From: Maritimibacter sp.
GTDB taxonomy: Bacteria; Pseudomonadota; Alphaproteobacteria; Rhodobacterales; Rhodobacteraceae
DNA: 64,000 nucleotides
Assembly (NCBI GenBank): GCA_050633625.1
Contig: JBOEGW010000002.1
Coordinates: 565 to 64,564 of the forward strand
Direction of reading: 5' to 3'
The notes under the pieces are model-generated. The model did not search any database. It saw only the letters and a program-made list of their open reading frames with translations, and had not been told where the DNA came from. A program made the translations under genes and the position numbers. Positions 61,630 through 64,000 of this stretch are shown in pieces (the stretch's first letter is position 1; every line of letters starts with the position of its first letter).

Positions 61630-62706
61630 ATGGCACATCACCAACGACCCTTGGTCTATGTTGCTCTAACGCTGGTGTTGGGCCTTTTCCCCTATGTCGG
61701 TTGGGCTCAAAGCATGGAAGAGCGACTTAGCGCTGCGATGAAAGCAAATGAGATTGTAGGTCTCCATAGCACCGTAGTTATGTTGGATGGCGATAGGATT
61801 GCCGAAGCCTACTTCCAGGGCGAAGATGAGCGATGGGGAACACCGATTGGGTCAATCGACCACGGCCCGCAGACATTGCATGATCTACGCTCAGTGACGA
61901 AGTCAGTCGTCGGCCTACTCTACGGCATCGCCTTGTCGGAGGGTGCTGTGCCATCACTCGATACGCCATTGCTGGACCTATTCCCCGAGTACGCAGATTT
62001 GCGCGACGGAACGAAACGAGATGAAATTACTGTAGAACATGCGCTCACGATGCAGATGGGCACGGAATGGGATGAAAGCCTGCCATACACCGATCCGCGC
62101 AACAGCGAAATCGCTATGGAGCTTGCCGAAGACCGTTGTCGCTTTGTTTTAGGCCGTCCGATGGTGACCGAACCGGGAACGATCTGGACCTACAATGGCG
62201 GCGCCGTCGCTTTGATCGCGAAGTTGATTGCCGATGGCACTGGACAAGAGATTGACACGTTTGCCAGAACCCGTCTCCTTGATCCTCTCGGCATTGAAAC
62301 CTTCGAATGGGTGCGCGGCGCTGATGGTGTCCCTTCTGCAGCGTCTGGATTGAGACTGACAGCGCGCGACCTCGCAAAGATCGGAAAGATGATTGCCCAA
62401 AACGGTTCCTACAATGGCCAGGAAATTGTTCCTCCGTCCTGGCTGGAAGCGTCATTTCGCACGGCGGCAACCATCCAGGAAGGGTTTGACTACGGGTTCC
62501 TGTGGTATCTGACCAAAGGCCCCGGCGGTGACCCCATCCTGATTGCCGTTGGCAACGGAGGTCAGCGGCTCACTGTGCAGCCGAATGCAGGATTTGTCGT
62601 CGCGACCTTTGCAGGGAATTACAACGATCCGAATGCTTGGCAGACACCTGTCCGCGTTCTGCTGGATTTTGCAATCCCAGAAGTCGGCAGGTACCGCCAG
62701 CAATGA
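61630..62706 (+). CDS. Serine hydrolase, beta-lactamase-related family, secreted
   Basis: Signal peptide LVYVALTLVLGLFPYVGWAQS. SxxK motif LRSVTKSVVG. Confidence 0.85.
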   Translation: MAHHQRPLVYVALTLVLGLFPYVGWAQSMEERLSAAMKANEIVGLHSTVVMLDGDRIAEAYFQGEDERWGTPIGSIDHGPQTLHDLRSVTKSVVGLLYGIALSEGAVPSLDTPLLDLFPEYADLRDGTKRDEITVEHALTMQMGTEWDESLPYTDPRNSEIAMELAEDRCRFVLGRPMVTEPGTIWTYNGGAVALIAKLIADGTGQEIDTFARTRLLDPLGIETFEWVRGADGVPSAASGLRLTARDLAKIGKMIAQNGSYNGQEIVPPSWLEASFRTAATIQEGFDYGFLWYLTKGPGGDPILIAVGNGGQRLTVQPNAGFVVATFAGNYNDPNAWQTPVRVLLDFAIPEVGRYRQQ

Positions 62707-62770
62707 CCGTGAAGCTCTGCTAAGGCGAAAGCAGACATCGGTTCATACCGCAGCATTCGTCACTTCGGGC

Positions 62771-63397
62771 TCACAGTGTGAGTTTGCTGCGGTTTTCTTG
62801 AACGTCAGCTCTTGCGGATGTTACAACCGCATTCCGCGCCTCCGGTAAGCAATGCGATTCATAGTCGCTGAAGAAGCCCCAACAGGCGTCGATCTCCTCG
62901 CCGTCCTGCTCGATGACATAGCCATAGACCCGGCCGCCGAGATAGGCGTCGTAACTGACGATTTCGCCGCGCAGGATGTCGGCTGCCTTTTCGCGCAACG
63001 CCTTGGTGACGCGTTTCACGCCGAACTCTTCCCGGACCGCTTCGAGCGTCACGTAGACAAAACCGACCTGGCCGGAATCCCAAGGGCAGTGAAACCCGAT
63101 AGTGTTCATCGCGAGGCCGGAATGGTCATAGAGAAAGACGGGCAGTAGGATCACCTTGCGCTCGGCGCGGTCGCGCAGCTGGTCCATCGAGAGGTCGCTC
63201 TGATCCGAGACGCCCGAAAGATCGCGCAGGAACGCCTCAGGGCTGTCGTTCTGATGGCTGTCACCCAGCCGATAGCGCCGGTGCCAGCAGATCAGCGTAC
63301 CGAGGTTGGACCATTCACGCGGGCTCTCAGAATCGGGGTCATGGTAGATCTTGATCGTGTGGCCTTGGTAGGCCTCCTCATAGACGGGATCTTGCAT
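62771..63397 (-). CDS. Conserved hypothetical protein (208 aa)
   Basis: Clean ORF with GC-rich third positions. YEEAYQGHTIKIYHDPDSESPREW... resembles proteins seen on conjugative elements. No function can be assigned. Confidence 0.6.
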   Translation of the reverse strand: MQDPVYEEAYQGHTIKIYHDPDSESPREWSNLGTLICWHRRYRLGDSHQNDSPEAFLRDLSGVSDQSDLSMDQLRDRAERKVILLPVFLYDHSGLAMNTIGFHCPWDSGQVGFVYVTLEAVREEFGVKRVTKALREKAADILRGEIVSYDAYLGGRVYGYVIEQDGEEIDACWGFFSDYESHCLPEARNAVVTSARADVQENRSKLTL

Positions 63398-63502
63398 GTC
63401 AATGTCCTTTCTTGAAACGCAATTGACCCGCCGAGCCGGATGTGGCGCGAGCGGGTCGATCTGGACTTGGTCAAGTAGCAGGTGAGTTTGCCGTCGGACG
63501 TG

Positions 63503-63979
63503 TCAGGCCGCAGCGCGGTTCTGACGATGCTGGACGTGCTCGACAGAGACCTTGAGAAGCCAGTCTTCGAAACCGAGAACGGTCTGGTGATTGGAGACCG
63601 CCTCGATCCAGACCGCACGCGGATCGCCAACAATCTGCGGCGGGTCGTGGTCGATCCGGCCATTGGCCATCCACGGTTCCGGCTGAATGCGGACAAGCCA
63701 GTCCGCCAGCGAGGGAATACGCCCTTGGCAATCCTCGCGCACATGCTGCTCGCCGATCCAGCGGATGGGAACGACCCGGCCCGCGCTGTTGATCAGGCTG
63801 CGACCGCAGTGACGTTCAGCATCATAGATCCCAACGGTGTGATGTTTTTGGGCTCTGTGGACGAATAGGCCCAAGTGCTCTTTTGATGAGTCAAACCAGT
63901 CATGCACGAACTGATAGTCGTCCGGAACGCCGCCGAACTTTCGGGCCGAACTCTCGGCGTGATGGAGGGGATGTGCCAT
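63503..63979 (-). CDS. Conserved hypothetical protein (158 aa)
   Basis: N-terminal HHAESSARKFGGVPDDYQFVHDWFDSSKEH...HRAQKHHTVGIYDAERHCG is a recurring mobile-element protein pattern. The family name is not verified. Confidence 0.55.
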   Translation of the reverse strand: MAHPLHHAESSARKFGGVPDDYQFVHDWFDSSKEHLGLFVHRAQKHHTVGIYDAERHCGRSLINSAGRVVPIRWIGEQHVREDCQGRIPSLADWLVRIQPEPWMANGRIDHDPPQIVGDPRAVWIEAVSNHQTVLGFEDWLLKVSVEHVQHRQNRAAA

Positions 63980-64000
63980 CTCAGAGCCCCTCGTGTTCGG

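Noticed and set aside
1-64000. Scan for CRISPR arrays, rRNA genes, intact tRNA genes and IS/transposase genes.
   Set aside because: I found no regularly spaced repeat/spacer arrays, no rRNA-like conserved blocks, no foldable cloverleafs and no DDE or HUH transposase motifs in any of the supplied translations.

Overview
This window looks like part of a large alphaproteobacterial repABC conjugative plasmid. The gene content and GC-rich backbone resemble Rhodobacteraceae or Rhizobiales replicons, but that is an inference with no marker gene to support it.

Layout, left to right:
1. 0.1-12.6 kb: an XRE regulator followed by a complete virB-type type IV secretion operon. It has two lytic transglycosylases, virB2/3/4, a lipoprotein, a VirB5-like gene and virB6/8/9/10/11.
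2. 12.8-16.5 kb: a cargo insert with an AraC regulator, a serine hydrolase and a Tat-signal MBL-fold hydrolase.
3. 17.1-21.6 kb, minus strand: the DNA-processing (Dtr) module, with VirD4/TraG coupling protein, VirD2-like relaxase and an accessory protein. A T-border/RP4-like nick core (ATATCCTGCCA) lies just upstream.
4. About 22.9-23.5 kb: a DUF736 gene with a structured leader.
5. About 24.1-43.7 kb: a visibly lower-GC island that reads as a defence island. It carries a pRiA4b-ORF3-like gene, orphan ORFs, a TIR protein divergent from a membrane-inserted DUF2235 hydrolase, two large unassignable proteins, a Fic protein directly upstream of a Gabija-like OLD nuclease plus UvrD helicase pair, a WYL/WGR/Cys-rich three-gene operon, and SbcD-SbcC with a coupled small zinc-ribbon ORF.
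6. 43.7-50.3 kb: ScpB-like and DUF1403-like genes, a tyrosine recombinase with a candidate core site, then repC-repB-repA.
7. 50.8-64 kb: a second DUF736 copy, then nucleotidyltransferase, GNAT, LysR, DUF2493, Toprim and a 1465-aa methyltransferase/helicase (strawberry-notch-like), a second serine hydrolase and two conserved hypotheticals.

I saw no rRNA gene, intact tRNA gene, CRISPR array or recognisable transposase.

Best candidates for something undescribed:
- The TIR + transmembrane-DUF2235 divergent pair.
- The WYL-WGR-Cys-rich operon, which is divergent from sbcDC-orf100.
- A hairpin element with covarying stems, present three times upstream of the DUF736 and DUF2493 genes.

All functional calls come from reading motifs in the supplied translations. 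No database search was run.
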